Positions 18,781 to 31,742 of a stretch of 64,000 bases of DNA are shown one piece after another. The position numbers were made by a program, and so were the translations under genes. Origin of the DNA: an uncultured delta proteobacterium (GTDB lineage Bacteria; Myxococcota; Myxococcia; Myxococcales; Anaeromyxobacteraceae). The stretch covers positions 32,001 to 96,000 of the forward strand of contig CAWJSR010000045.1 in assembly GCA_963845515.1 (NCBI GenBank), in the 5' to 3' direction. The notes beneath the pieces are model-generated. The model saw nothing but the letters and a program-made list of their open reading frames with translations, was not told the DNA's origin and searched no databases. Numbering within the stretch: the first letter of the stretch is position 1; each line of letters starts with the position of its first letter.

Positions 18781-19636
18781 ATGACCCCCGCGCTCGAGCT
18801 GCGCGCCGTGGGCATGACCTTCGGCGGCCTCAAGGCGCTCTCCGCCTTCGACCTGGCGCTCCAGCCGGGCGAGCTGGTCGGGCTCATCGGCCCGAACGGC
18901 GCCGGCAAGACGACCGCCTTCAACGCCATCACCGGCGTCTACGCGCCGACGCAGGGCGACGTCCTGGTCGGCGGCGAGCGGGTCAACGGCCTGCGGCCGC
19001 ACCAGATTCTGCGCGCGTGGAGTCGCCCGCACCTTCCAGAACATCCGGCTCTTCCGCGAGCTCTCCGCGCTCGACAACGTCCGGGTCGCCTGCCACGCGG
19101 GGGCGAAGAGCGGCTTCTTCGACGCCCTCTTCCTGACGCCGCACCACCGCGAGGAGGAGGGCCGGATCGTCGCCCGCGCCGAGGAGTTCCTCGCGGTGAT
19201 GGGGCTGTCGCACCGGCGCGACGAGATCTCCAGGAACCTCCCGTACGGCGAGCAGCGGCGGCTCGAGATCGCGCGCGCGCTCGCCACCGGCCCCCGCGTC
19301 CTCTGCCTCGACGAGCCGGCCGCCGGGATGAACGCGTCGGAGAAGGTCGAGCTGATGGCGCTCATCCGCTCGATCCGGGACCGGTTCGGGATCGCCGTGC
19401 TCGTCATCGAGCACGACATGCGGCTCGTGATGGGGGTCTCGGAGCGCGTCGTGGTCCTCGATCACGGCGTGATGATCGCGCAGGGCACGCCCGAGGAGGT
19501 CCGGCGCGATCCGCGGGTCATCGAGGCCTACCTGGGCGACGCCTACCTGGAGGAGCGGCAGATCGAGCTGCCTCCGAGGGATTCTCCCCTCTCCCCCACC
19601 GGGGGAGAGGGCCAGGGTGAGGGGGACGCACGATGA
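18781..19636 (+). CDS. livG: ABC ATP-binding protein LivG, +1 frameshift near 19008
   Basis: GPNGAGKTT; RTFQNIRLF, LPYGEQRRLEIARALAT, LDEPAAGMN in the next frame. Confidence 0.9.
19585..19625 (-). repeat. Triplex-type repeat copy 4, inside the livG 3' end
   Basis: CCCTCTCCCCC-acc-GGGGGAGAGGG-cca-GGGTGAGGG, translated as SPLSPTGGEGQGEG. Confidence 0.85.
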
Positions 19637-20349
19637 CCACGCCCATCCTCCAGGTCACCGACCTCCGCGTCTCGTACGGCGCCATCGAGGCCCTGCGCGG
19701 CATCTCGCTCGAGGTGAGGGCGGGCGAGGTGGTGGCGCTCATCGGCGCCAACGGCGCCGGCAAGACGACGACGCTCCGCGCGGTCTCTGGGATGCTCCGT
19801 CCGGCGGGAGGAGCGGTCCGCTTCGACGGCGAGGACGTGACCGGCCTCCCGTCGCACAAGCTGGTGGCGCGCCGCATGGCCCACGCCCCCGAGGGGCGCG
19901 GCATCTTCCTCAACCTGACCGTCGGCGAGAACCTCGACCTGGGCGCCTGGCTGCGCCGCGACCCCATCGGCGTGCGCGGCGACCTCGCGCGCGCCTTCGC
20001 GCTCTTCCCGGTCCTCGCCGAGCGGCGCAAGCAGGTGGCGGGGACGCTCTCTGGCGGCGAGCAGCAGATGCTCGCGGTCGCCCGCGCACTCATGAGCAGC
20101 CCGCGCCTCCTCCTGCTCGACGAGCCCTCCCTCGGCCTCGCGCCTCAGGTGGTCGAGCGGATCTTCAGCGTGCTCCGCGAGGTGAACGCGGCCGGCGTCG
20201 CGCTGCTCCTCGTCGAGCAGAACGCCCACAAGGCGCTGCAGCTCGCCCACCGCGCCTACGTCCTGGAGACCGGCGAGGTCTCGATGACCGGGACCGGCCG
20301 CGAGCTGCTGGCGTCGCCGGAGGTTCGGAAGGCCTACCTGGGCGAGTGA
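19633..20349 (+). CDS. livF: ABC ATP-binding protein LivF
   Basis: GANGAGKTT, PEGRGIF, LSGGEQQMLA, LLDEPSLGLAP. Confidence 0.95.
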   Translation: MTTPILQVTDLRVSYGAIEALRGISLEVRAGEVVALIGANGAGKTTTLRAVSGMLRPAGGAVRFDGEDVTGLPSHKLVARRMAHAPEGRGIFLNLTVGENLDLGAWLRRDPIGVRGDLARAFALFPVLAERRKQVAGTLSGGEQQMLAVARALMSSPRLLLLDEPSLGLAPQVVERIFSVLREVNAAGVALLLVEQNAHKALQLAHRAYVLETGEVSMTGTGRELLASPEVRKAYLGE

Positions 20350-20358
20350 CGGCACCTC

Positions 20359-21261
20359 CTACCTGGGGCGCCAGTGCCAGCGCTGGGGATCCCACGTCGC
20401 GTCCAGGCCGCCGGCGAGAAGGGGATCGAGGAACTCCCGCGCGGCTCGCGTGACGTCGGTGAGGGTGGTCCAGGTGAGCTGCTCTTCCCGGGCCATCGCA
20501 GCATAGGGCGTGGCCCACGCGGACGGGGCGTCGGGCAGCTTGCCGGGCACGGGATGGGTCTTTCGGAAGGCGAAGGTCTGCTCGAGGGCCGTACGCAGGC
20601 GCTTCGCGTCGAGGGCCTGCGCGCCGGCAAGCAGCGCGATGTCGGGAAGGTCCTTCACGCGGGAGTTCACCCGTGGGCGCGGCATCGTGAACGCATGGAG
20701 CTTCTCCGCGATGTGCGTCTCGATCGGGTAGAGCCGGAGGCTCGGGGGCGCGATGCCTGCGAAGGCGAGATGGTCCTCGGCGACGACGACCTCGGGCTCG
20801 CCGAGGATCGGATCGCCGAAGGCGACGTCGACCCCGAAGGGCTGGCCGTAGAGCTTCCCCGCGAGCATGCACTCGGCGCGGAAGCGGAGCCCCTCGTACT
20901 GCATGCCGGCGTTCTGAAGCGCAGGGTGGTGCTCGTCGAGCCCGACCTCGAAGGTCATGAAGTCAGCCAGGTTGAGACGGCCAGCCCCCTGCAGCTTCGG
21001 GAGGAGGTCGTCCGGCGAGCCCGTCATGCGCAGGTCGACGTCCTGCGTGGAGCGGGCACGCTCGAGGCGAAGCTCGAGCGCGAGGCCCCCCTTGAGCGTC
21101 GCTGCGCTTCCGAGCACGGCGACGACGCGAGCGAGAAAGCGATCGAAGACGAGCAGTTGCCGCCTGCGCGCGATCTGGTCGCCGCTCTTCGCTACCGCAC
21201 GGAGCCGATCCTCGACGGCTCGCTTGAACGCTTCGGGCGATGCGTACGTGCGAACGGTCAT
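20359..21261 (-). CDS. abiEii: AbiEii-family nucleotidyltransferase toxin (type IV TA)
   Basis: LKGGLAL, RSTQDVD, AEKLHA, NSRVKDLPD. Confidence 0.88.
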   Translation of the reverse strand: MTVRTYASPEAFKRAVEDRLRAVAKSGDQIARRRQLLVFDRFLARVVAVLGSAATLKGGLALELRLERARSTQDVDLRMTGSPDDLLPKLQGAGRLNLADFMTFEVGLDEHHPALQNAGMQYEGLRFRAECMLAGKLYGQPFGVDVAFGDPILGEPEVVVAEDHLAFAGIAPPSLRLYPIETHIAEKLHAFTMPRPRVNSRVKDLPDIALLAGAQALDAKRLRTALEQTFAFRKTHPVPGKLPDAPSAWATPYAAMAREEQLTWTTLTDVTRAAREFLDPLLAGGLDATWDPQRWHWRPR

Positions 21262-21842
21262 GCAGCGATTCCTCCGTACGGCGCCAGCGCTGCATCGACC
21301 TCGGCCAGCTCATCCTTCGTGACCAGGCCGCGGCGAAGCGCCTGCTGCGCGCCCTGGCGCAGCAGGTCGGGCGACAGTCCCTCTCGCGCGCAGTCGTTCA
21401 GCGTGCGCCGCGCGCTGGTCATTGGCACCGCACCGAACCAGGCCTGATCCTCCGGCGGCACGTCCGCGTGGTGGAGGACCACGCCGGGAGGCGCTCGGAA
21501 GCGGCGGTGGCGCCAGGCGCTCGGAAGCGTCAGATGCGCCTTTGCGGGCAGCACGTCCGACAGCCCGTGGAGGGAGAGGGCCGTCTGATGTGAGATGACG
21601 GCGACGCGCCCCGACCAGAGCCAGGCGGCGACGAGCTCCTCATGCTCCCCCGTGGGGAAGTTGACGAGACGGTAGATCCCGCGGCGGACGCGAACGACTC
21701 GTCCGCCGTGAAGGTGGTGCACCAGGAGCTGGGGCGAGCAGCCCGCTTCGGCCGCCTGCTGGGTCGTGAATAGCCCTTCCTGGCACGCGGCCGTTGCGTA
21801 CAGGAGGTTCCAGTCAGGCCGGCTTTGCGGGGCTTCCGTCAC
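21258..21842 (-). CDS. abiEi: AbiEi-family antitoxin (type IV TA)
   Basis: QEGLFTTQQA..RVRRGIYRL wHTH; SHQTALSLHGLSD; TSARRTLND; 4-nt overlap with the toxin. Confidence 0.85.
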   Translation of the reverse strand: MTEAPQSRPDWNLLYATAACQEGLFTTQQAAEAGCSPQLLVHHLHGGRVVRVRRGIYRLVNFPTGEHEELVAAWLWSGRVAVISHQTALSLHGLSDVLPAKAHLTLPSAWRHRRFRAPPGVVLHHADVPPEDQAWFGAVPMTSARRTLNDCAREGLSPDLLRQGAQQALRRGLVTKDELAEVDAALAPYGGIAA

Positions 21843-21848
21843 GCACAC

Positions 21849-21877
21849 ACATTAAGCGCGACTTTAGATTCGTGCAA
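21849..21877 (-). promoter_or_regulatory. sigma70 promoter of the abiE operon (leaderless)
   Basis: TTGCAC-N17-TAATGT, then 6 nt to GTG at 21842. Confidence 0.65.
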
Positions 21878-21903
21878 TATGGAGAGGGAGTTCACCAATG
21901 AGA

Positions 21904-21927
21904 ACGGCCGCCCTCTCGGGCGGCCGT
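21904..21927 (-). terminator. Hairpin downstream of glnA
   Basis: 10-bp perfect stem ACGGCCGCCC/GGGCGGCCGT, 4-nt loop; weak U tract. Confidence 0.55.
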
Positions 21928-21954
21928 CGGTGCTTCAAAGGAAGGCTCGTTCGC

Positions 21955-23379
<1,425 letters not shown>

Positions 23380-23431
23380 CGGTTCTCCAGAAGAACGGGG
23401 GCCGCTTCGCGGCGTGGTCGGCCGCTCAATT

Positions 23432-23447
23432 AGCACAGGCCGTGCCA
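23432..23447 (-). promoter_or_regulatory. sigma54 promoter of glnA
   Basis: TGGCACGGCCTGTGCT, GG-N10-GC. Confidence 0.8.
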
Positions 23448-23531
23448 CGGCGGAACGGACCAGATGCGTGCGAAAACGCCGCAAACACAGCGGTTTCAGG
23501 TCCACGGATCGACGCAGATCGGGAGCCAAGG

Positions 23532-23634
23532 TGCCCATCTTTCAGGCAGATCCGGCGGCGGGTGCTGCGTGCTCCACGATCGGGGTCGGAGGCGGTCACT
23601 TGGGGATGGGGGACGGGTGCCCGGAGAACGGGCA
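23532..23634. promoter_or_regulatory. Two 17-bp NtrC-like enhancer boxes upstream of glnA
   Basis: TGCCCATCTTTCAGGCA (23532-23548) and TGCCCGGAGAACGGGCA (23618-23634). Confidence 0.6.
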
Positions 23635-23681
23635 GCGGGGTGATCGGTCGGCGGGCATCGCGCGCACGGTTTCGTCCACCG

Positions 23682-23719
23682 CCCTCACCCCAGCCCTCTC
23701 CCGCAGAGCGGGAGAGGGA
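23682..23719 (+). repeat. Triplex-type repeat copy 5, just after the ntrC stop
   Basis: CCCTCACCC-cag-CCCTCTCCCGC-aga-GCGGGAGAGGG. Confidence 0.85.
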
Positions 23720-23727
23720 GTGTCCGC

Positions 23728-25164
<1,437 letters not shown>

Positions 25165-25228
25165 GGCATCTCCCGGGGGGGCCAGCGATCGATCCAGCCG
25201 GCGTCGCCCATTGTTCGAGCGGCAACTG

Positions 25229-25301
25229 AGCAAGATCGGGGCCAGCGCAACCCCTTGAAGTCTATAGATGGGAGACGAAGGCGGTGCCCGTATATTGGGC
25301 A
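25229..25301 (-). promoter_or_regulatory. sigma54 promoter plus palindromic box upstream of ntrC
   Basis: TGGCCCCGATCTTGCT (25229-25244, minus strand); TGCCCGTATATTGGGCA (25285-25301). Confidence 0.65.
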
Positions 25302-25317
25302 CCGGCCCCTACGGGTG

Positions 25318-26400
25318 TCAGCCGGCGTCCAGGGGGAGGAAGAGGACGACCTCCGCGCCGGCGCCGGGACGATTCCTGATCTCCATCCGCCCGCCGTGGG
25401 CGTGGACGATCCGCTGGCAGATCGGCAGCCCGAGCCCGGTCCCCTGCGGCTTCGACGTCGCGAACGGCGTGAAGATGCGGGAGAGCATCGAGAGCGGTAT
25501 GCCGGGTCCGGAGTCGACGACGCTGATCCGTGCGAGCGGGCGGGTCTTCCCGCCGCCCTCCGACCTGACGCGCAGGTTCGCGACCCCCGTCTCCATGATC
25601 ACGTGCTTGTCGGCGACGTCGGCGACCGCGTCGAGCGCGTTCCTGACCACGTTGAGCACGACCTGCGTGAGCTTCTCGGCGTCGCCGAGCACCGCCGGGA
25701 GCGACGGGTCGTACCGCTCCGTGAACACGACCCTGCTCGCCCCCGGGATCCCCCGCGCGAGCACGATCACGTCGCGCAGCACGTCGTGGATGTTGACCGG
25801 GCCGGGGTTGAGCCGCGCCGGGCGCGCGAGGTCGAGCAGCTCGCGCACCAGCCCGTCGACGCGCTTCGCCTCGCGGGCGATCACCTGGGCGTACTCCCGC
25901 GTCCCCTCCTCGGCCTCGCGCGCGAGGAGCTCGGCCGAGCCTTGCAGCCCGGCGAGCGGGTTGCGGATCTCGTGGGCGAGGCCGGCCGCCAGCGTCTCGA
26001 AGTCCAGCGCCTGCTCACCGGCGCGAGGTCGGCGCAGGAGCAGGACGGCACCGGCGCACGTCCCGCCGTCGAGCAGCGGGCTGGCATCCACCTGGATCAC
26101 TGCGTCCGGGTCGGAGGGGCTCGGCATGTCCGAGAGGACCGGCTGCAGCGCCTTGCGGACGCGCTCGCTGGTGGCGTCGAGCTGCTCGCCCCCGGGGAGC
26201 GCGCGCAGCGGGTTGCCGGCGGCACGGTCCCGGCTGCGGCCGAAGAACTCCTCGGCAGAGGGGTTCAGGTGCAGCACGGTCCCGTCCGGCCCGACCACGA
26301 CGACCGGGTCGACGATCGAGTCGACGGTCGCGCGGGCGAGCGCTGCGGGGAGCGCCGGCGCTGCGGGGTGGCGAGACGAGGGCGAGTCGGTTCGAGCCAC
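25318..26400 (-). CDS. ntrB: NtrB-type PAS histidine kinase
   Basis: PAS; AAGLAHEIRNPL; YDPSLP; DSGPGI, FTPFATSK, GTGLGL. Confidence 0.88.
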   Translation of the reverse strand: MARTDSPSSRHPAAPALPAALARATVDSIVDPVVVVGPDGTVLHLNPSAEEFFGRSRDRAAGNPLRALPGGEQLDATSERVRKALQPVLSDMPSPSDPDAVIQVDASPLLDGGTCAGAVLLLRRPRAGEQALDFETLAAGLAHEIRNPLAGLQGSAELLAREAEEGTREYAQVIAREAKRVDGLVRELLDLARPARLNPGPVNIHDVLRDVIVLARGIPGASRVVFTERYDPSLPAVLGDAEKLTQVVLNVVRNALDAVADVADKHVIMETGVANLRVRSEGGGKTRPLARISVVDSGPGIPLSMLSRIFTPFATSKPQGTGLGLPICQRIVHAHGGRMEIRNRPGAGAEVVLFLPLDAG

Positions 26401-26420
26401 CCTGGTCTCCGAACCCGGTG

Positions 26421-26792
<372 letters not shown>

Positions 26793-26859
26793 CTACGTCC
26801 CGTCGCCGCGGGCGGTCAAGCTGCGACCGCGTCGTGACGCCGGGTTCCGAGCCGAAGGG

Positions 26860-26954
26860 TGCAAGCGATGGGCCGCGACCCCGGCGACCTCCAAGCATCC
26901 GATCTGCCGCTGCCGTGCGCAAGCGAAGACGCGGCCCTGCCCGGGAAGCGGGCA
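26860..26954 (-). promoter_or_regulatory. sigma54 promoter plus enhancer-like box upstream of glnB
   Basis: CGGCCCATCGCTTGCA (26860-26875, minus strand); TGCCCGGGAAGCGGGCA (26938-26954). Confidence 0.65.
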
Positions 26955-27013
26955 GCGAGTGGCGCGGATCCGGACATTCACGTGGCCGCGCCGACGCGGT
27001 ATGGATGCTCGGG

Positions 27014-28063
27014 ATGCCGATCGGATCAGCGCTGCTGGCCGCGCTCGCGCTAGCGCTAGCGACATGGGCCCACTTCGCCTATTGGCGGAGGAGGCTCACG
27101 CTTCGGCCCGAGGTGGATCAGCTCCTCTTCGCCCAGACCGGTGATGGGTGGCGCATCGCGCTCGCTCGCCGCCGCCCGCGGGGCGCCGCACGCGGTCCCC
27201 CCGTCCTGCTCTGTCACGGCCTGGCGGTCAACCGCCACTCGATGGACTTCGCGGTGCCCGGCCACTCGCTCGCCCTGACCCTGGCCGGGCGCGGCTTCGA
27301 CTGCTACTCCATGGACCTCCGCGGCCACGGCCTCTCCAGCCCCGGCCCGGGGGCGCGACGGACGTGGACGCTGGACGACTACCTGCGGGAGGACGTCCCG
27401 GCCGCGCTCGCGGCGATCCGCGAGGAGACGGGGAGCGACCAGGTGCTCTGGGTCGGCCACAGCCAGGGGGCGCTGCTCGGCCTCGCCACCGCCGCCCTCC
27501 ACCCCGAGCGCGTGGCGGGCGTCGTCGCGATCGCGCCGCCCGGGATGTTCGGCACCACCCCCGCGATCCGCAAGCTGGTCAGGATCGGCAGCCTGGGGCT
27601 CGGAGGGCTGCTCCGGCCGCTCGCGCGGCTCTGGGCGCCGTTCGGTCCGGTCTGGCATCCGCAGCTCGCCGAGGTGGCGATACGCCGGGCCAACGTCGAG
27701 CCCGAGATCTACCGGCTCTTCCTCGCCAACGGGGCCGAGTCGGTGAACGCGGGCGTCCTCGCCCACTTCGCCCACTGCGTCGAGGCGGACCGCTTCCGCT
27801 CCTTCGACGACGCGGTCGACTACGGCGCCGCCTTCGCGCAGTGCAAGCGCCCCGCCCTCTTCATCTCCGGCGACCGCGACGGCCTCGCCCCTCCGCGCGC
27901 CGTCGAGGCCAACTGCGTTCAATGGGGTGGGCCGAAGCGGTACTGGAGCGCCGGCGCCGCCTACGGGCATGGGGACCTGCTCATCGGGCGGCGCGCGGGG
28001 CTCGACGTCCACCCCGTGATCGCGGGCTGGCTCGAGGAGCACTCCTCGGTCGCCTCCAGGTGA
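27014..28063 (+). CDS. Alpha/beta hydrolase with N-terminal membrane anchor
   Basis: LLCHG, DLRGHG, GHSQG nucleophile elbow, D-G-L-A, YGHGDL. Confidence 0.88.
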   Translation: MPIGSALLAALALALATWAHFAYWRRRLTLRPEVDQLLFAQTGDGWRIALARRRPRGAARGPPVLLCHGLAVNRHSMDFAVPGHSLALTLAGRGFDCYSMDLRGHGLSSPGPGARRTWTLDDYLREDVPAALAAIREETGSDQVLWVGHSQGALLGLATAALHPERVAGVVAIAPPGMFGTTPAIRKLVRIGSLGLGGLLRPLARLWAPFGPVWHPQLAEVAIRRANVEPEIYRLFLANGAESVNAGVLAHFAHCVEADRFRSFDDAVDYGAAFAQCKRPALFISGDRDGLAPPRAVEANCVQWGGPKRYWSAGAAYGHGDLLIGRRAGLDVHPVIAGWLEEHSSVASR

Positions 28064-28074
28064 GCTGAGGAGCC

Positions 28075-29466
28075 ATGCGCCGCCGCTTCGCCCTCGCCGC
28101 CGCCATCCCCGCCTTCGTCGCGCTGCTCGCGATGGCGCTGCTCGCCGATCGCCTGGCGCGGCGCGCGCTGGAGGAGGAGCTCGGCGTCCGGCTCGTGGCC
28201 GTCGCCCGCGCCGCCGCCGCGACGCTGCCGGCGGACAGGGTCGCCGGGCTCGCCCCAGGCGACGAGGGGACGCGCACCCTCGCCCACGTCCGCGCACGGC
28301 TCGACGCCCTGGCCCGCGCGACCGACACCCGCCTCTTCGTGATCAGGCCGGACCGGACGGCGCTCGCCGACTCGGCCGGCCAGCACCGGATCGGCGAGTC
28401 GCCGCCGGCGCTCGAGCGCGACAGGCTGGAGATCGCCGAGGCGGCGCGCGGACGGGCGCTCCCGTCCCAGGTCCTCTTCGAGGGGCGCGACGGCCGGCTC
28501 TACAAGACTGGCTATGCCCCGCTCGTCTCCGAGGGCGGCACGATCGTGGGCGTGGTGGGGGCGGACGGCACGGCCTCGTCCTTCGCGACGCTGCGCGGGT
28601 TCCGTCAGCTCCTCGTCGGCCTGGGGATCGGCGGCGCGCTCGTGGCCGCGGGGCTCGCCGCGCTGGCCGGGCTCTCGCTCACCCGCCCGCTGATGCGCCT
28701 CACCGAGGCGGCGGATCGGATCGGCCGGGGCGACCTCTCGACGCCGCTGTGGCGCCGCGTCCGCAAGGACCAGATCGGCCTGCTCCGCGACACGCTGGAG
28801 GAGATGCGCAGGTCGCTGCGGGCGCGCGACGAGGAGCGCGAGACGCTGCTCGCGGGGATCGCCCACGAGATCCGGAATCCGCTGGGGGGGATGGAGCTCT
28901 TCACCGGCCTCCTCGCCGAGGAGATCGCGGGACGCCCCGAGGCGGCCCACGTGGAGCGGATCCGGATCGAGCTGAAGACGCTCTCGCGGGTCGTCGACGA
29001 GTTCCTCGACTACGCGCGGGCACGCCCGCTCCAGACCGAGCCCTGCGAGCTCGACGGCCTCCTCGCAGAGGTGGCGGTGCTGGTCCAGCCCATCGCCGCC
29101 GATCGCGGGATCAGCGTGGTCGTCTCGGCGCGGGGGCGGTGCGCCGGCGACAGGGAGAAGCTGCGGCGGGCCCTCCTGAACCTCGCCCGGAACGCCGTGG
29201 AGGCCTCGGCGGATCGGGCGACGGTCGAGCTCGTCGCGCAGGCCGATGGCGGCGGGCGCGCGGTGATCGAGATCCTCGACCGCGGCCCGGGGATCGGACC
29301 GGAGGCGCAGGAGAAGCTCTTCCGCCCCTTCTTCACCACCAAGGAGCGCGGCACGGGGCTCGGGCTGGCCCTCGCCAAGAAGGTCGCTGACGCCCACGGT
29401 GGCACGCTCGAGCTGCTGCCGCGCGAGGGTGGCGGGACGGTCGCGCGCCTCACCATCCCACCGTAG
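28075..29466 (+). CDS. HAMP-domain sensor histidine kinase
   Basis: Two TM helices, HAMP, AHEIRNPL, NLARNA, DRGPGI, FFTTK, GTGLGL. Confidence 0.92.
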   Translation: MRRRFALAAAIPAFVALLAMALLADRLARRALEEELGVRLVAVARAAAATLPADRVAGLAPGDEGTRTLAHVRARLDALARATDTRLFVIRPDRTALADSAGQHRIGESPPALERDRLEIAEAARGRALPSQVLFEGRDGRLYKTGYAPLVSEGGTIVGVVGADGTASSFATLRGFRQLLVGLGIGGALVAAGLAALAGLSLTRPLMRLTEAADRIGRGDLSTPLWRRVRKDQIGLLRDTLEEMRRSLRARDEERETLLAGIAHEIRNPLGGMELFTGLLAEEIAGRPEAAHVERIRIELKTLSRVVDEFLDYARARPLQTEPCELDGLLAEVAVLVQPIAADRGISVVVSARGRCAGDREKLRRALLNLARNAVEASADRATVELVAQADGGGRAVIEILDRGPGIGPEAQEKLFRPFFTTKERGTGLGLALAKKVADAHGGTLELLPREGGGTVARLTIPP

Positions 29467-29507
29467 TCACCGGATCGAGGGCCTTGCGCCACCCCCGGCG
29501 GGGGCCG

Positions 29508-31707
29508 ATGATTCACCCGTCGGCCCAGGGGGGGGCCTCGGAGGACACCTGCGAGATCACGATGCGCCTCGCCGTCGCTGGCCGCTGGTCGCTGCGTTTG
29601 GCTTCGTGGCGGCGGCGCTCGTGGCCTCCGCGTGGGTGATGGTGGTGTCGATGAGGGCCGACGCCGTGCGGCTCGCGTCGAACCAGCTCGAGTCGGTCAG
29701 CGCGCTCAAGGTCGCCGCCATCGAGGCGTGGATCGCGGACCGCGTCGTCGCCGCGCGGTACGTCTGCACCTATCCCTCCGTGGTCGGCGCGGGGCGCGCC
29801 GCGGTCGCCGGCCGCGCGGACCGGCGCCTGGTCGGCCACGTCCAGGAGGTCTTCGACCACTTCGTCCGGCGCTGGGGCTACGAGCTCGTCGGGCTCCTCG
29901 ACGGCGCCGGTCGCCCGGTCGCCGTCGCCGGCAGGGAGCCCTCCCTGGCCGTCGACGTCCCGGTGGATCGCTGGTTCCTGGAGTCGGCGCTGGCCGATCC
30001 ATGGGGCGCCACCACCCGGCTCACCGTCGCCGCAGATGGACGCGGGAGGCTGGACGTCGCGGTGGTGTCCAAGGTCGGCGATGGGGCCTTCGACTTCTGC
30101 GTGCTGCGCGCCGACGCCACGGCGCTCGTGGAGAGCGCAGTGGAGACGTGGCCCGTCCCGAGCGCCTCGGGGAGCGCGGCGCTCGTCCGCGTCGACGGTG
30201 ACGCGGCGTCGCTGCTCCTGCGGCGGCGCGAGCGTCCCGCGGAGGGCTTCGTCCGCGTTCCGCTCGCCGACCGGAGCCGTGCCATCGTCCGCGCCGTTCG
30301 CGGCGAACGGGGGCTCATCGAGGGGCGCGACAGCTTCGGCGTGCCGATCGTCATCCGGGCGAGGCCCGTGCCGGGGACCGACTGGACCCTCCGGACGCGG
30401 CTCGATCGCGCGGAGATCTTCGCGCCGCTCCGGCGGGCCACGATCACCATCGTCTGGCTGGTGGTCGCCTTCCTGCTCGCAGGCGCCGCCATGCTGGGCC
30501 GCTGGTGGCGGGACGAGGGGCAGCGGGCCGAGGTGGAGCGCGAGCTGAACAGGAGCCGCGTGCGGCTGGAGCTCTCGCAGCGGATGGCGGGGCTCGGCCG
30601 GCTCGCGGCCGGCGTGGCGCACGAGGTGAACAACCCGCTCTCCTCGGTGGTGGCGAACCTGGTGTTCGTGGCCGAGGCGCTCCCCGACGCTCCGCTCGAG
30701 GTGCGGCAGGCGCTCCGCGAGGCGCGCGACGGCGCCGGGCGCGTGGCAGACGTCGTGCGGGGGCTCAGGAGCTTCTCACGGCCCGGGGACTCTCCCCGCG
30801 GTCCGAGCGATCTGAGGGAGGAGCTGGCGGCGGCGCTCCGCCTGGCCAGCCACGAGCTGCGCCACCGCGCGACGCTGCAGGTCCGGATCGACGCCGTTCC
30901 GCTGGTGGCCGCCGACGCCCATGAGCTCGGGCAGGTCTTCCTCAACCTGCTGGTGAACGCGGCGCAGGCCTTCCCGGAGGGGGGACGGGCCAGCACCGCG
31001 TGACGGTCTCGGCGGGAACCGACGTGGAGGGGTGGGCGCTCGTGGAGATAGCCGACAACGGCATGGGGATCCCGCCCAACGTGCTCAATGGGATCTTCGA
31101 GCCGTTCTTCACCACGAAGCCGCTCGGCGTCGGGACCGGGCTCGGGCTCGCCATCGCCCACGGGATCGTGACCACCGCCGGGGGGAGGATCGAGGTCGAG
31201 AGCCAGGTCGGGCAGGGGAGCACCTTCCGCGTGCTGCTGCCGCCGGCCCAGGGCTCGCCGGCGCCGACGCCACCACCGGCTGCCACGCCGCCGGCCGCGT
31301 CGGCCACCGCGGCGCCGAAGGAGGTCGCGGCGGCCCGCGTCCTGATCGTCGACGACGAGCCGATCGTCGCGCGCGCGGCGGTGCGGGTGCTGGCCGGCTA
31401 CGACGTCCTGGTCGTCAACTCGGGGGCCGAGGCGCTCCGGCTCTTCGACTCGGGGGAGCGGTACGACGCGGTGCTCTGCGACCTGATGATGCCCCAGATG
31501 ACCGGGATGGAGCTGCACGCCAGGGTCTCGGCCTCGGCGCCAGACCTGGCGGCGCGGTTCGTCTTCATCACCGGCGGCGCCTTCACCGACGCCGCTTCGG
31601 AGTTCCTGCGGACGACGCCGAACGGCTGGATCGAGAAGCCGTTCGATCCGCGCGGCCTCCGCTCCGCGGTGGCGCGGGCGATCTCGGGCAAGGACGCGGA
31701 GGCATAG
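29508..31707 (+). CDS. Hybrid sensor kinase (periplasmic sensor-HisKA-HATPase-REC); frameshift near 30985, start uncertain (G8 run at 29528)
   Basis: AHEVNNPL and NLLVNAAQA in one frame; DNGMGI, FFTTK, GTGLGL and a REC domain (IVDDE..DLMMP..EKPF) in the next. Confidence 0.8.
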
Positions 31708-31742
31708 CTCGCCCGGCCCGACCCGGCTATCCTCCGCGCACG

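Noticed and set aside
29528..29535. G8 tract near the kinase start as a phase-variation switch
   Set aside because: Cannot be distinguished from the homopolymer errors seen across the window
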